Source of the DNA: Acidimicrobiia bacterium
GTDB taxonomy: Bacteria; Actinomycetota; Acidimicrobiia; IMCC26256; JAGNEX01
Reading direction: 5' to 3'
Assembly: GCA_020637365.1 (NCBI GenBank)
Contig: JACJWE010000002.1
Location: forward strand, 280,499 to 344,498
Length of the DNA stretch: 64,000 nt
The notes beneath the pieces are model-generated. The model made no database searches. It was not told the DNA's origin and was given only the letters and a program-made list of their open reading frames with translations. The position numbers and the translations under genes are program-made. Position 1 is the first letter of the stretch. Every line of letters starts with the position of its first letter. Shown in pieces: positions 19,638 to 28,211 of this stretch.

Positions 19638-20033
19638 ATGCAGCGAACGATGATGCGCTCCAAGATCCACCGGGCAACCGTCACGGGAGCGGACCTCAAT
19701 TATGTGGGTTCGATAACCCTGGACGAGGCCCTGTTGAGAGCTGCGGACATCCTCCCCCACGAACAGGTGCACGTCCTAAACATCACGACCGGTGCCCGCT
19801 TTGAGACCTATGCGATTCCCGGCGGACCGGGCGACGTGTGCCTCAATGGTGCCGCAGCACGTCTGGTCCAGCCCGGCGACATGGTGATCGTTATTACCTA
19901 TGCGGCGATGGACGAGGCCGAACTCGAGGGTTTTGCTCCGATCGTCGTCCACGTCGACGACCACAATCAGATCGTCGAACTACCCGAAGGTGACGCATCC
20001 TTCGAAGACGCGGTAGCCCAGCTGATCGGGTAG
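19638..20033 (+). CDS. panD: Aspartate 1-decarboxylase
   Basis: [29 protein letters not shown], with the Gly-Ser self-cleavage site. Confidence 0.95.
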   Translation: MQRTMMRSKIHRATVTGADLNYVGSITLDEALLRAADILPHEQVHVLNITTGARFETYAIPGGPGDVCLNGAAARLVQPGDMVIVITYAAMDEAELEGFAPIVVHVDDHNQIVELPEGDASFEDAVAQLIG

Positions 20034-20105
20034 ACGACGTCGGCTCCTACCCAAGATCGAGACACGAGACCGAGACACGAGCAACGACCAGCGACTCAGG
20101 CTCAT

Positions 20106-20126
20106 AGAGGCCCGTTCGAAGCCTCT
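20106..20126 (+). terminator. Possible hairpin terminator after panD (AGAGGC-N9-GCCTCT)
   Basis: A 6-bp stem lies about 70 nt after the panD stop. There is no clear U-tract. Confidence 0.3.
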
Positions 20127-20142
20127 CGCAGGGCCATCCTCG

Positions 20143-20162
20143 TCAACACGGTACCGTGTTGA
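20143..20162. promoter_or_regulatory. Perfect 20-bp palindrome TCAACACGGTACCGTGTTGA, a candidate operator upstream of the hydroxylase gene
   Basis: Read directly. It is centred about 50 nt upstream of the 20201 start. Confidence 0.45.
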
Positions 20163-20200
20163 GCCAGGCCAACTTCTCAGGGCCTGAGTCGGTCCGCTAG

Positions 20201-20887
20201 GTGGGTGAGGTCATGAGTTGGGTTTGGGGAGTACCCGCATTTCTTTTGGGTGCGATGTGGTGGACCGTCTGGGAGTACGGCCTTCACCGCTTCATGTTTC
20301 ACGAACGGCGCGGACGCAACCTCGGATCGCGCCTGCACCTCGACCACCATGCCCGGGCCACCTGGATCTTTGATCCGCACATACTCCTGGCGTGGTTCGG
20401 AGTTTTGCTGACGGGCGTCGGCTGGGCGTGGGCCGCAACGCAGGTGTCGTCATTGCTGCTCGATGTCGTCGGCACAGATAAGCGGGACGGGTTAGCCAGT
20501 TCGATCGGCATTGGCTTTGGTGCCGGCTGGACGGTCCACTACTTCTTCTATGAGTGGCATCACCGAGCGGCGCATCTGCGCGCACCCAAGAATCGATGGG
20601 AGCGGTTCGTGCGCAAACACCACCTCCATCACCACTTTGGTCACCCGATGCGAAATCAGGGGGTGACGGTCAACTGGTGGGATCGCGTCGCTGGCACGCT
20701 GGACCAGCCCGATGTCGTTCGGGTTCCCCGGCGGTTGGCACCACGCTGGATGCTCGACACAAACGGTGAGATCCTTGCAGCGTTCCGAGACGATTACATA
20801 CTGATCGGACAGGCCGTCGTGACAGCTCCCGACAAAGCCGCCGAAGACCACGACCGCGCCTACGCGAATCTCGTCCCTCTCCCGTAA
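20201..20887 (+). CDS. Fatty acid hydroxylase / sterol desaturase superfamily membrane protein
   Basis: It has histidine boxes HRFMFH, HLDHH, EWHHRAAH and HHLHHH, plus hydrophobic segments. Confidence 0.75.
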   Translation: MGEVMSWVWGVPAFLLGAMWWTVWEYGLHRFMFHERRGRNLGSRLHLDHHARATWIFDPHILLAWFGVLLTGVGWAWAATQVSSLLLDVVGTDKRDGLASSIGIGFGAGWTVHYFFYEWHHRAAHLRAPKNRWERFVRKHHLHHHFGHPMRNQGVTVNWWDRVAGTLDQPDVVRVPRRLAPRWMLDTNGEILAAFRDDYILIGQAVVTAPDKAAEDHDRAYANLVPLP

Positions 20888-20924
20888 CCCTCTCCAACGC
20901 CACCTGATCGCCCCAGTTGATTGG

Positions 20925-21000
20925 ATGACGTCTCGGCGGCGTTGCCGCACAAATCGCGCTCATGCAGCTTGAGCGCCGCGCCGCTCGACACAGCCCGCTT
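20925..21000. repeat. Conserved intergenic element, copy C (core CGCTCATGCAGCTTG-N8-GCCGCTCGA, with a partial second core gctatgcagct at 21002-21012)
   Basis: It has the identical 15-nt core and the second block. It lies just after the stop of the minus-strand protease gene. Confidence 0.75.
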
Positions 21001-21010
21001 CGCTATGCAG

Positions 21011-21460
21011 CTAGAACTCGAGGGTGAAGCGTCGGTCTTCGCCTTCGAGACAGAGCCGAGCGCGACCCAAGACGTCCATACCGATCCGGGCACCGACGTC
21101 ATCGTCGCCGGCGAAGCCAGCCAAAACAGGAAGCTCAAAAAAGAACTCTTGTGCAGGGGCCCCGAGGCCGAGCTCGATCATGACCTGGGCAGCAAATCCC
21201 TGACCTTGTGCGGTGTGTACCGCCACCAAACCATGGGGATGCAGGCCCAGCCTTTCGGCGTATTCGGGTCGGATCTGGGTGCGGGCCGATGCGGTATCGA
21301 TCACGGCGCGACAGTGGACAGGGCGACCGACCTCGTTACCGACCTCTTCGCACGCCCCCTGTTCGGATGCGCTCATGGCGATGCGCACGGTGAGCAGCGG
21401 CCCGCGCTCTGTTACCGGACCCACAAGCGTGATAAAGCCTGGTTCGAACTCGGGGGCCAT
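21011..21460 (-). CDS. Retropepsin-like (clan AA) aspartic protease family protein
   Basis: 149 aa. AVIDTASARTQIRPEYAERLGL (a D-T/S-G-A-type motif, here DTAS) and ARIGMDVLGRARL resemble the small archaeal/bacterial retropepsin-like proteins. Confidence 0.6.
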   Translation of the reverse strand: MAPEFEPGFITLVGPVTERGPLLTVRIAMSASEQGACEEVGNEVGRPVHCRAVIDTASARTQIRPEYAERLGLHPHGLVAVHTAQGQGFAAQVMIELGLGAPAQEFFFELPVLAGFAGDDDVGARIGMDVLGRARLCLEGEDRRFTLEF

Positions 21461-21473
21461 GGACGCGAGCCCG

Positions 21474-21731
21474 CTATGCGCCGACGTTCATCGACGGCTG
21501 GATGATGGGTTCGTGGTCAAGCACTTGCTGAACCAGGAACCCGCCCAGCTCACACGTGGCGTGGCCCGCATGTACCGCCTCGATTTCGGTCTCGAAGCAG
21601 CTCACGACTCGCCCATCGCTGATGAGGGCCCAGCGGCCGGTCTGACCCGACGCGACGAGCGTCGGACGAACCCGCAAGAACTTTTCGCGCAACTCTTGAA
21701 GTCGAGTGAGATCCACGCCAGATGCTGCCAC
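21474..21731 (-). CDS. Small hypothetical protein (85 aa), upstream partner of the retropepsin-like protease
   Basis: It lies 13 nt upstream of the protease gene on the same strand. The GRWALISDGRVVSCFETEIEAVHAG pattern resembles small antitoxin-like partner proteins, but this family call comes from memory and is uncertain. Confidence 0.5.
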   Translation of the reverse strand: MAASGVDLTRLQELREKFLRVRPTLVASGQTGRWALISDGRVVSCFETEIEAVHAGHATCELGGFLVQQVLDHEPIIQPSMNVGA

Positions 21732-21826
21732 ATGGGCCCATCAAATCACAAGCGTGTACTTCCCCGCGATGAGTTCCAATCCCGGTACTCGTGCCGGGTG
21801 ATGCGCGGCGAGGACTGCACTGCCGG

Positions 21827-23377
21827 TCAGTCGCGCGGTCGCATCGTCGGGAACGGAAGCACCTCGCGAATCGAGGGCATACCGGTCAGCAACATGACCA
21901 GACGGTCGACACCGACCCCCAGCCCACCGGTTGGAGGAAGGCCGTATTCGATGGCTCGTAGGTACTCCTCATCGACCGGGGCAGCCTCGGCATCGCCCAA
22001 CGCCTTCAACGCCGCTTGCGCTTCGAAGCGTTCTCGTTGATCGATCGGGTCGTTGAGCTCGGTGAAAGCGTTCGCGATCTCGCGGCCCATCACGATGACT
22101 TCAAAACGCTCGGCTAAACGAGGGTCGTCGTGGCGTCGCCGCGCCAATGGCGACACCTCCACCGGAAAGTCGGTGACGATCGTCGGGTTCCACAACCGGT
22201 GTTCGACCGTGGCCTCGTAGAGCTCGGCGAACAGCCTGCCGGGACCCCAATAGGCCTCGACCTGCACACCGTTTTCCTCGCACATCCTGATGAGCTGGTC
22301 GCGTTCGGTGTTCAACGAGACGTCCGTTCCCGTGACTTCGCGAACGAGCTCGGTCATCGACGCGCGTCGCCACGGCGTCGACAGGTCGATCGGCGACTGA
22401 CCCGGATCTGGCGCATCGACGAGGCCGTCGATGCCCAGAGCGGCGGCGGCCGCGGTCACCAGATGTTCGACCAGATCGACCATGCCCAGGTAATCCGCAC
22501 CCGCTTGGTACACCTCGAGCATGGTGAACTCAGGGTTGTGTCGGACCGACAACCCTTCGTTGCGGAAGTTGCGGCCGATCTCAAAAACGCGGTCCAACCC
22601 ACCGACGATCAGTCGCTTCAGGTACAGCTCGGGGGCGATCCGCAAGTACAAGTCCATGTTGAGCGCGTTGTGATGCGTGATGAATGGTCGAGCGAAACCA
22701 CCACCGGGAATGACCTGCAAGATCGGTGTTTCGACCTCCAGAAAGCCATCGTGTTCAAGGGCGCGACGGAGAGCGCTCACGATGATCGACCGGGACCGCA
22801 GAACCCTTCGGGCCTCCTCGTTTGCGATGAGGTCAACCTCGCGTTCACGGAACCGCCGGTCAACGTCAGCAAGTCCATGCCACTTGTCTGGAGGCGGTCG
22901 AAGCGATTTGGCGAGCAGCACGACGTCGTCGGCCTTAACGCTCAGTTCTCCTCGCCGCGTCGTCATGATGACTCCGCTCGCGCCGACCCAGTCACCGAGG
23001 TCGAGGTTGGCGATACGGTCGAACGCGGTGTCGCCGGTCACCTGCTTGGAGATGAACAGCTGTATGTTCGCCTCGCCATCGCGCATCGTGATGAAGATCA
23101 ACTTGCCTTGGCGTCGCATCAGCACGATGCGCCCCATGACCGAAACCTGATTCGCCGTCTCGGTTCCCGCTTCGAGGTCAGCGTACCGGGCGACCAAATC
23201 TGCGACCTGATGGCTCCGTTCGTAGCCGGACGGGTAAGGCTCGATCCCTTCGGACCGGAGCGCATTCACGGCGGCGAGGCGTCGCTCACGCTCGGATGCC
23301 AGCCCGTCGACAGATGCCTTTGGGTCGTCGTTGTCGCCCGAGGGTACGGCGTCTCCGGTTGCGGTATCGTCGATCAA
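21827..23377 (-). CDS. lysS: Lysine--tRNA ligase (class II)
   Basis: 516 aa with an OB-fold N-domain and class II motifs (...FLEVETPIL..., ...RNEG...HNPEFT..., ...GLGVGVDRLVMLL). Confidence 0.95.
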   Translation of the reverse strand: MIDDTATGDAVPSGDNDDPKASVDGLASERERRLAAVNALRSEGIEPYPSGYERSHQVADLVARYADLEAGTETANQVSVMGRIVLMRRQGKLIFITMRDGEANIQLFISKQVTGDTAFDRIANLDLGDWVGASGVIMTTRRGELSVKADDVVLLAKSLRPPPDKWHGLADVDRRFREREVDLIANEEARRVLRSRSIIVSALRRALEHDGFLEVETPILQVIPGGGFARPFITHHNALNMDLYLRIAPELYLKRLIVGGLDRVFEIGRNFRNEGLSVRHNPEFTMLEVYQAGADYLGMVDLVEHLVTAAAAALGIDGLVDAPDPGQSPIDLSTPWRRASMTELVREVTGTDVSLNTERDQLIRMCEENGVQVEAYWGPGRLFAELYEATVEHRLWNPTIVTDFPVEVSPLARRRHDDPRLAERFEVIVMGREIANAFTELNDPIDQRERFEAQAALKALGDAEAAPVDEEYLRAIEYGLPPTGGLGVGVDRLVMLLTGMPSIREVLPFPTMRPRD

Positions 23378-23559
23378 CGGACTCTCCTAGCATCTCCCGA
23401 TTGAACGGGTGGCGAGGCTATCAGGCACACCTTCGCGTCAATCAGTGGCATCCCTTCTGGCGTGATTGCGAGGTGCGTGAACCTCGGAGCCGTCCGCTAC
23501 CCCGTGCATAGGCCCTGGCTGCACTCGCTCCGCTTGGTGTTGGGAGACGTCTGAACCCC

Positions 23560-24372
23560 TTAGCCCTGGTTGCGTTCGTAAATGAGTCGAAGGCCATAAA
23601 GGGTAAGCCAGGGTTCGGTGTGTTCGATCGTGTCTGAGACCGGAGCGATGAGGTTGGCAAGACCGCCCGTAGCGACGACGGTTGCCCCGCCGATCTCTTC
23701 TTCAAAACGGTCGACGATCGCGTCGACCATGCCTGCAAATCCGTAGAGCGCGCCCGATTGGATCGATTCGACAGTCGAACGCCCGATGACGTTCTTCGGT
23801 GGGACCAACTCGACGGTACGTAGCCCCGCAGCTCTACCGAAAAGCGCGTCGAACGAAACCTCGATCCCGGGAACGATGGCTCCGCCGAGGTATTCACCGG
23901 CCTCGGTCACAACATCGAGCGTCGTGGCGGTACCGAAATCGACGACGATGACCGGCCCGTTGTATCGGTCGTAGGCGGCGACGGCATTGGCGATCCGATC
24001 GGCGCCGACCTCCTTTGGGTCGTCGTAGAGAATCGGCATACCGGAGCGTGTGCCTGGACCGACGACGACCGGCGGGAACGGAAGGTAACGCTCAGCGAGG
24101 CGCCGGAGCTCCGCGGTGACGCGCGGTACGACCGAGCTGATGGCCGCACCATCGAGTTGCCCGAAGTTGAGCCCCGAAAGTTCAAGCAACTGCGCCATTT
24201 GCAGTGCAATCTCATCGGAGGTGCGTTCCGCTTGAGTGTGAAGTCGCCAATGCTCGATCAGTTCGTCGTCATCGTCGAACAAGCCGATGACGATGTGGGT
24301 GTTGCCAACATCGATTGCCAAAAGCATGTCTGTGAGCACCTCTGCGTAACGGGACGATCGGGCCGCCGACAA
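23560..24372 (-). CDS. coaX: Type III pantothenate kinase
   Basis: LLAIDVGNTHIVIGLF...VVDFGTATT...GGLA. Confidence 0.93.
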   Translation of the reverse strand: MSAARSSRYAEVLTDMLLAIDVGNTHIVIGLFDDDDELIEHWRLHTQAERTSDEIALQMAQLLELSGLNFGQLDGAAISSVVPRVTAELRRLAERYLPFPPVVVGPGTRSGMPILYDDPKEVGADRIANAVAAYDRYNGPVIVVDFGTATTLDVVTEAGEYLGGAIVPGIEVSFDALFGRAAGLRTVELVPPKNVIGRSTVESIQSGALYGFAGMVDAIVDRFEEEIGGATVVATGGLANLIAPVSDTIEHTEPWLTLYGLRLIYERNQG

Positions 24373-24408
24373 TGGAGCCGACAGCGGGTAAACGAGGCCT
24401 GAAGCAGA

Positions 24409-25221
24409 CTATGTCCGGTTGCTCAGAAACGCCTGGCGCACATCAAGGTCCAGACCGATATCGAGAACAGGGGCGGAATGGGTCAACGCGCCGACCGCGA
24501 CGAAATCCACACCGGTGTCTGCATACAGGTGCGCAGTATCGAGGTCGATCCCCCCCGAGGCTTCGATCGGTACCCGCCCGGCGACCCAAACAACGACATC
24601 GCGGACCTCATCTGGAGTCATGTTGTCGACCAGGATCATGTCGGCTCCCGCCTCCACCCCAGCTTTGACCTGATCGAAATGATCACACTCGAGTTCGACC
24701 GTGCGGCCTGGCCACATGCGATGGGCGTTCGCGACCGCATCACCAACCGAACTCACCGCGAGGTGATTGTCCTTAATCAACACTGCATCGCTCAGGCTGT
24801 CACGATGATTGGCGCCTCCCCCCGCACGCACTGCGGCCTTCTGCAACGCACGCAACCCCGGAGCGGTCTTTCGCGTGTCCCGTACGCGGGCGGGGGCGAC
24901 AAGCCGAGCGTAAGCGGCCGTCAGGGTCGCGATGCCCGAACACATACCCAGCACGTTGAGCGCGGGGCGTTCAGCAACCAGGATTTGACGCGCTGACCCA
25001 TCCAGGTCGGCGAGCACATCACCGGGCGCTAACTCGTCGCCGTCTACCTTGTGCCACGTCACGTCGACATCGGGTGCAGCCAATTGGAACACCAGATCGG
25101 CGGTCAAGCCGCCTGCCATCACACCTGGGCGACGAACCCCGATCCGGCCACTGGCAAGTGCCTCGAGCGGAATCGTCGCCGATGACGTGATGTCTCCAGC
25201 GATACCCGCGTCCTCAGCCAA
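24409..25221 (-). CDS. nadC: Nicotinate-nucleotide diphosphorylase (carboxylating). The 5' end is uncertain.
   Basis: ...AEDAGIAGDITS...RKTAPGLRALQKAAVRAGGGANHR...IKDNH...SGGI...GALTHS. The conserved N-terminal helix continues upstream of the TTG start, and ATG 25267 is one frame off (see findings). Confidence 0.9.
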   Translation of the reverse strand: MAEDAGIAGDITSSATIPLEALASGRIGVRRPGVMAGGLTADLVFQLAAPDVDVTWHKVDGDELAPGDVLADLDGSARQILVAERPALNVLGMCSGIATLTAAYARLVAPARVRDTRKTAPGLRALQKAAVRAGGGANHRDSLSDAVLIKDNHLAVSSVGDAVANAHRMWPGRTVELECDHFDQVKAGVEAGADMILVDNMTPDEVRDVVVWVAGRVPIEASGGIDLDTAHLYADTGVDFVAVGALTHSAPVLDIGLDLDVRQAFLSNRT

Positions 25222-25284
25222 CGCGATGTCGACGACGGCGCGCCGCCGAATCGGGCGGGTCGTACATGCTGGCGAATCGCCGAC

Positions 25285-27141
25285 TCATCGAAGGGCCTCC
25301 CCACCGCCAGGGCTTGCGACATCAGGGCTTGCAACATCAGGGCTTGCAACATCAGGGCTGGCAGCGTCGACATGACCGCTCGGAGCCGGAGCGGCCGCCG
25401 GAGCGGCCGCCTGAGCACTCGCTGCGTCCCCGCCATCCGGTTCGCTGTTGGATAGCGGTGCGAACCGCGGTGCCGGAGCCTCAGATGCCCCACCAAGACC
25501 TGCTCGTCGAGCGCGCCGCAACAAGAACCGCCCCAACAACTCAGGATCCGTCTCGGGGTAGTCGCGTCGAGTTTGCGAACCGCGTGATTCCAAACGAGCG
25601 GTCGCCGCGGCGACGACCAGAGCGCCATAGGCTGCCAGATTGGCAAGTTCGAGGAGCGCGACCGACGGGACACCACCCAACGCCAATCTCGCCTCGACGC
25701 GCCGACCGGTCTCATCGAGTACGGCTCGTGCGTTGGCCAGCGAACCGGCATCCCGCAGCACGCCCGCCCCCGCGGTCATACCGTGTTGGAGCGTGCGTCG
25801 AGCAACGGCGACCGCAGCATCATCGGCGAGATCCTCAGACAGTGAGGGTGGGCCTCCCAGCGGCGCGGGATCGCTCGAATCGCCTGGAGCGACTCCGACT
25901 GCATCGGCTTCGAACACCAGTCGCATGGGACCGCTCGGCTCGGGACCGTCGATTCCTGAGACGATGGCCTCGGCGACCCGGTTGCCGAATACCAAACCCT
26001 CCAGCAACGAATTGGATGCGAGTCGGTTGGCGCCGTGCACACCCGAACACGCGACCTCGCCACACGCCCAGAATCCGGGGATCGACGTCGCTCCGTTGAG
26101 GTCGGTCACAACCCCGCCACAGGTGTAGTGAGCGGCGGGAGCCACCGGCAACCAGTCGTTGTTCGGGTTCAGGCCGACCGCGTGGCACGCATTCCAAATC
26201 GTGGGAAAACGGCGATCAAAGTCTCGAATACCCGTACCGTCGAGCCACAAATGATCGAGATCGGACCCTTCGAGCCGTTCAGAAATCGCGCGGGCGACCA
26301 CGTCGCGGGGAGCGAGGTCCGCCATTGGATGCACCGACGCCATGAACGCGTCGCCGTTCTGATCCCGCAATACCGCCCCTTCGCCGCGCAGCGCCTCTGA
26401 GAGCAGCGGTCGAGGCATCGACTCGTGGTGCAGTGCTGTTGGATGGAACTGCACAAACTCGGTGTCGGCGAGGACGGCCCCCGCCCGCCAAGCCATCGCC
26501 AAGCCATCACCGGTTGATGCCAGCGGATTAGTCGTCACCGCGTACAGCTGACCGGCGCCACCCGAGGCGAGTACGACGTGCGCCGCACGAATCTCGGTGA
26601 GTTCACCCTCGTTGGTGCGCATCCGAAGGCCGACGCATCGGCCGCCTTCGATCAACACATCGAGCCCGAACCACCCGTCGAGCACCGGAACCCCCGCAGC
26701 AGAGAGGGCCATGACGAGCGTGTGTTCCATCTCACGGCCAGTGGCGTCACCGCCAGCATGAAGGATCCGAGCGACCGAATGCCCGCCCTCCCGAGTCAAC
26801 GCCGGTTCTTCACTTCGGCCAACACGGTCAAAACGTGCGCCGAGATCGAGTAGTTCCAGGACACGCTCTGGTCCCTCGGTCACCAGGGTTCGCACAGCGT
26901 CGGGGTCGGCGAGACCACCGGCGACGGTCATGGTGTCTCGCCAGTGCAGATCGGGATCATCTTCGGGACCGATCGCGGCGGCGACACCGCCCTGAGCAAA
27001 CCACGTAGCGCTCCCCCCGAAGGGAACCTTCGTGACGAGGACGACGCCGAGACCAGCACCGAGGGCCCGCCTAGCAACGCTCAAACCAGCTATCCCGGTA
27101 CCGAGTACGAGCACATCGGTGGTCTGTGGAGCGCCGATCAT
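25285..27141 (-). CDS. nadB: L-aspartate oxidase with a C-terminal low-complexity extension of about 75 aa
   Basis: DVLVLGTGIAGLSVA (FAD site), ...RFDRV..., HYTCGGV, GANRLASNSLLEG. The start is taken at ATG 27141, which forms an ATGA overlap with the panC stop. The tail contains DVASP x3. Confidence 0.93.
   Translation of the reverse strand: MIGAPQTTDVLVLGTGIAGLSVARRALGAGLGVVLVTKVPFGGSATWFAQGGVAAAIGPEDDPDLHWRDTMTVAGGLADPDAVRTLVTEGPERVLELLDLGARFDRVGRSEEPALTREGGHSVARILHAGGDATGREMEHTLVMALSAAGVPVLDGWFGLDVLIEGGRCVGLRMRTNEGELTEIRAAHVVLASGGAGQLYAVTTNPLASTGDGLAMAWRAGAVLADTEFVQFHPTALHHESMPRPLLSEALRGEGAVLRDQNGDAFMASVHPMADLAPRDVVARAISERLEGSDLDHLWLDGTGIRDFDRRFPTIWNACHAVGLNPNNDWLPVAPAAHYTCGGVVTDLNGATSIPGFWACGEVACSGVHGANRLASNSLLEGLVFGNRVAEAIVSGIDGPEPSGPMRLVFEADAVGVAPGDSSDPAPLGGPPSLSEDLADDAAVAVARRTLQHGMTAGAGVLRDAGSLANARAVLDETGRRVEARLALGGVPSVALLELANLAAYGALVVAAATARLESRGSQTRRDYPETDPELLGRFLLRRARRAGLGGASEAPAPRFAPLSNSEPDGGDAASAQAAAPAAAPAPSGHVDAASPDVASPDVASPDVASPGGGEALR
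25311..25370. repeat. 15-bp tandem repeat x3-4 (encodes D(V/A)ASP pentapeptides) in the nadB 3' extension
   Basis: Units are ggcttgcgacatcag / ggcttgcaacatcag / ggcttgcaacatcag / ggctggcagcgtcga. Confidence 0.9.
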
Positions 27142-28118
27142 CGTTGTTCTCCTGGTGTAGTTGACCACTCTGGGTCAACGGTCTGGGACCGCCTTGGGTT
27201 TCCGGTCTGCCCGGACGCTGCGTCGTCGACACGAATGCCACGGTCGACGATCGGCCCATCCTCTGACCACATCACGGTCATGTTGTCGATCAGGCGCGCC
27301 GGGCCGACCCGTGCGGCCACTGCCAGCAGCCATTCGGTACCCGGCGAGGGTGGTTCGGCCGGGGGCAGCAATGTCGAACGATCCATCACCTCGGCGTAGT
27401 CAACAATCACGCCTGCCTCCTCCGCTAGACCGGCGGCGAGGCAGCGCCGCAGCACCGACCAGTCTCGCTCACCCGACTCGAGGAGGCTCGAGGCGGCGTG
27501 GAGCGAACGGCTCAACGAACGCGCTGCCCTTAGATCTTGGGCGGACAGATAGACGTTACGGCTCGACATTGCGACGCCATCGCCGTGTCGGACGATGGGG
27601 CAGCCAACGACGGTCACAGGGAAGTTGAGATCGAGCGCCAGCCGCTCGACGATCGCGAGTTGTTGCGCATCTTTCTTTCCGAAGTACGCACGGCACGGCC
27701 CGATGATGCCGAACAATTTGGCGACCACTGTCGCGACCCCGCCGAAATGCCATGGTCGGCTCGTTGCGCACAGGCTCTCGGCCAGAGCGGGGACTGCGAC
27801 TTGGGTGAGCGGCGGTGACGGATACATCTCCTCCACCGACGGGGCAAAAAGCACATCGACCCCGACGCCTTCGGCGAGCGTCGCGTCGCGGTCGAGGTCG
27901 CGCGGATATGCAGCGAGGTCCTCACCAGGACCGAACTGAGTCGGATTGACGAACAGCGAGGTCACCGTGACGTCACATTCGGCGACCGACGTGCTCATCA
28001 GTTGCAGGTGACCTTCGTGAAACCACCCCATCGTCGGGACGAATCCCACGGTCGATCCCGAACATCGGACCTCGTCGAGGTGACGCCGAAGTTCTGCAAT
28101 CTGACCGATCTGCTGCAT
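27138..28118 (-). CDS. panC: Pantoate--beta-alanine ligase
   Basis: VGFVPTMGWFHEGHLQLM...FVNPTQFG...RLIDN. Confidence 0.95.
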   Translation of the reverse strand: MQQIGQIAELRRHLDEVRCSGSTVGFVPTMGWFHEGHLQLMSTSVAECDVTVTSLFVNPTQFGPGEDLAAYPRDLDRDATLAEGVGVDVLFAPSVEEMYPSPPLTQVAVPALAESLCATSRPWHFGGVATVVAKLFGIIGPCRAYFGKKDAQQLAIVERLALDLNFPVTVVGCPIVRHGDGVAMSSRNVYLSAQDLRAARSLSRSLHAASSLLESGERDWSVLRRCLAAGLAEEAGVIVDYAEVMDRSTLLPPAEPPSPGTEWLLAVAARVGPARLIDNMTVMWSEDGPIVDRGIRVDDAASGQTGNPRRSQTVDPEWSTTPGEQR

Positions 28119-28211
28119 AGGACCGCTACCTCTGTAATGCCCACTCGTACGGCGAGCTGTGACCTCAGCGATTCACCGCGAACCCGGGGCGAGCGAACGG
28201 GACCGCTCAGC

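Noticed and set aside
22130-23404. 424-aa plus-strand ORF antisense to lysS. Similar long antisense or out-of-frame ORFs occur at 5674..6537, 7018..7743, 7750..8451, 12857..13873, 33838..34719, 36634..37470, 44705..45760, 57317..58333 and elsewhere.
   Set aside because: All overlap confidently identified genes on the other strand or in another frame. They have low-complexity Arg/Pro/Ser composition and no motifs, so they are treated as high-GC artefacts.
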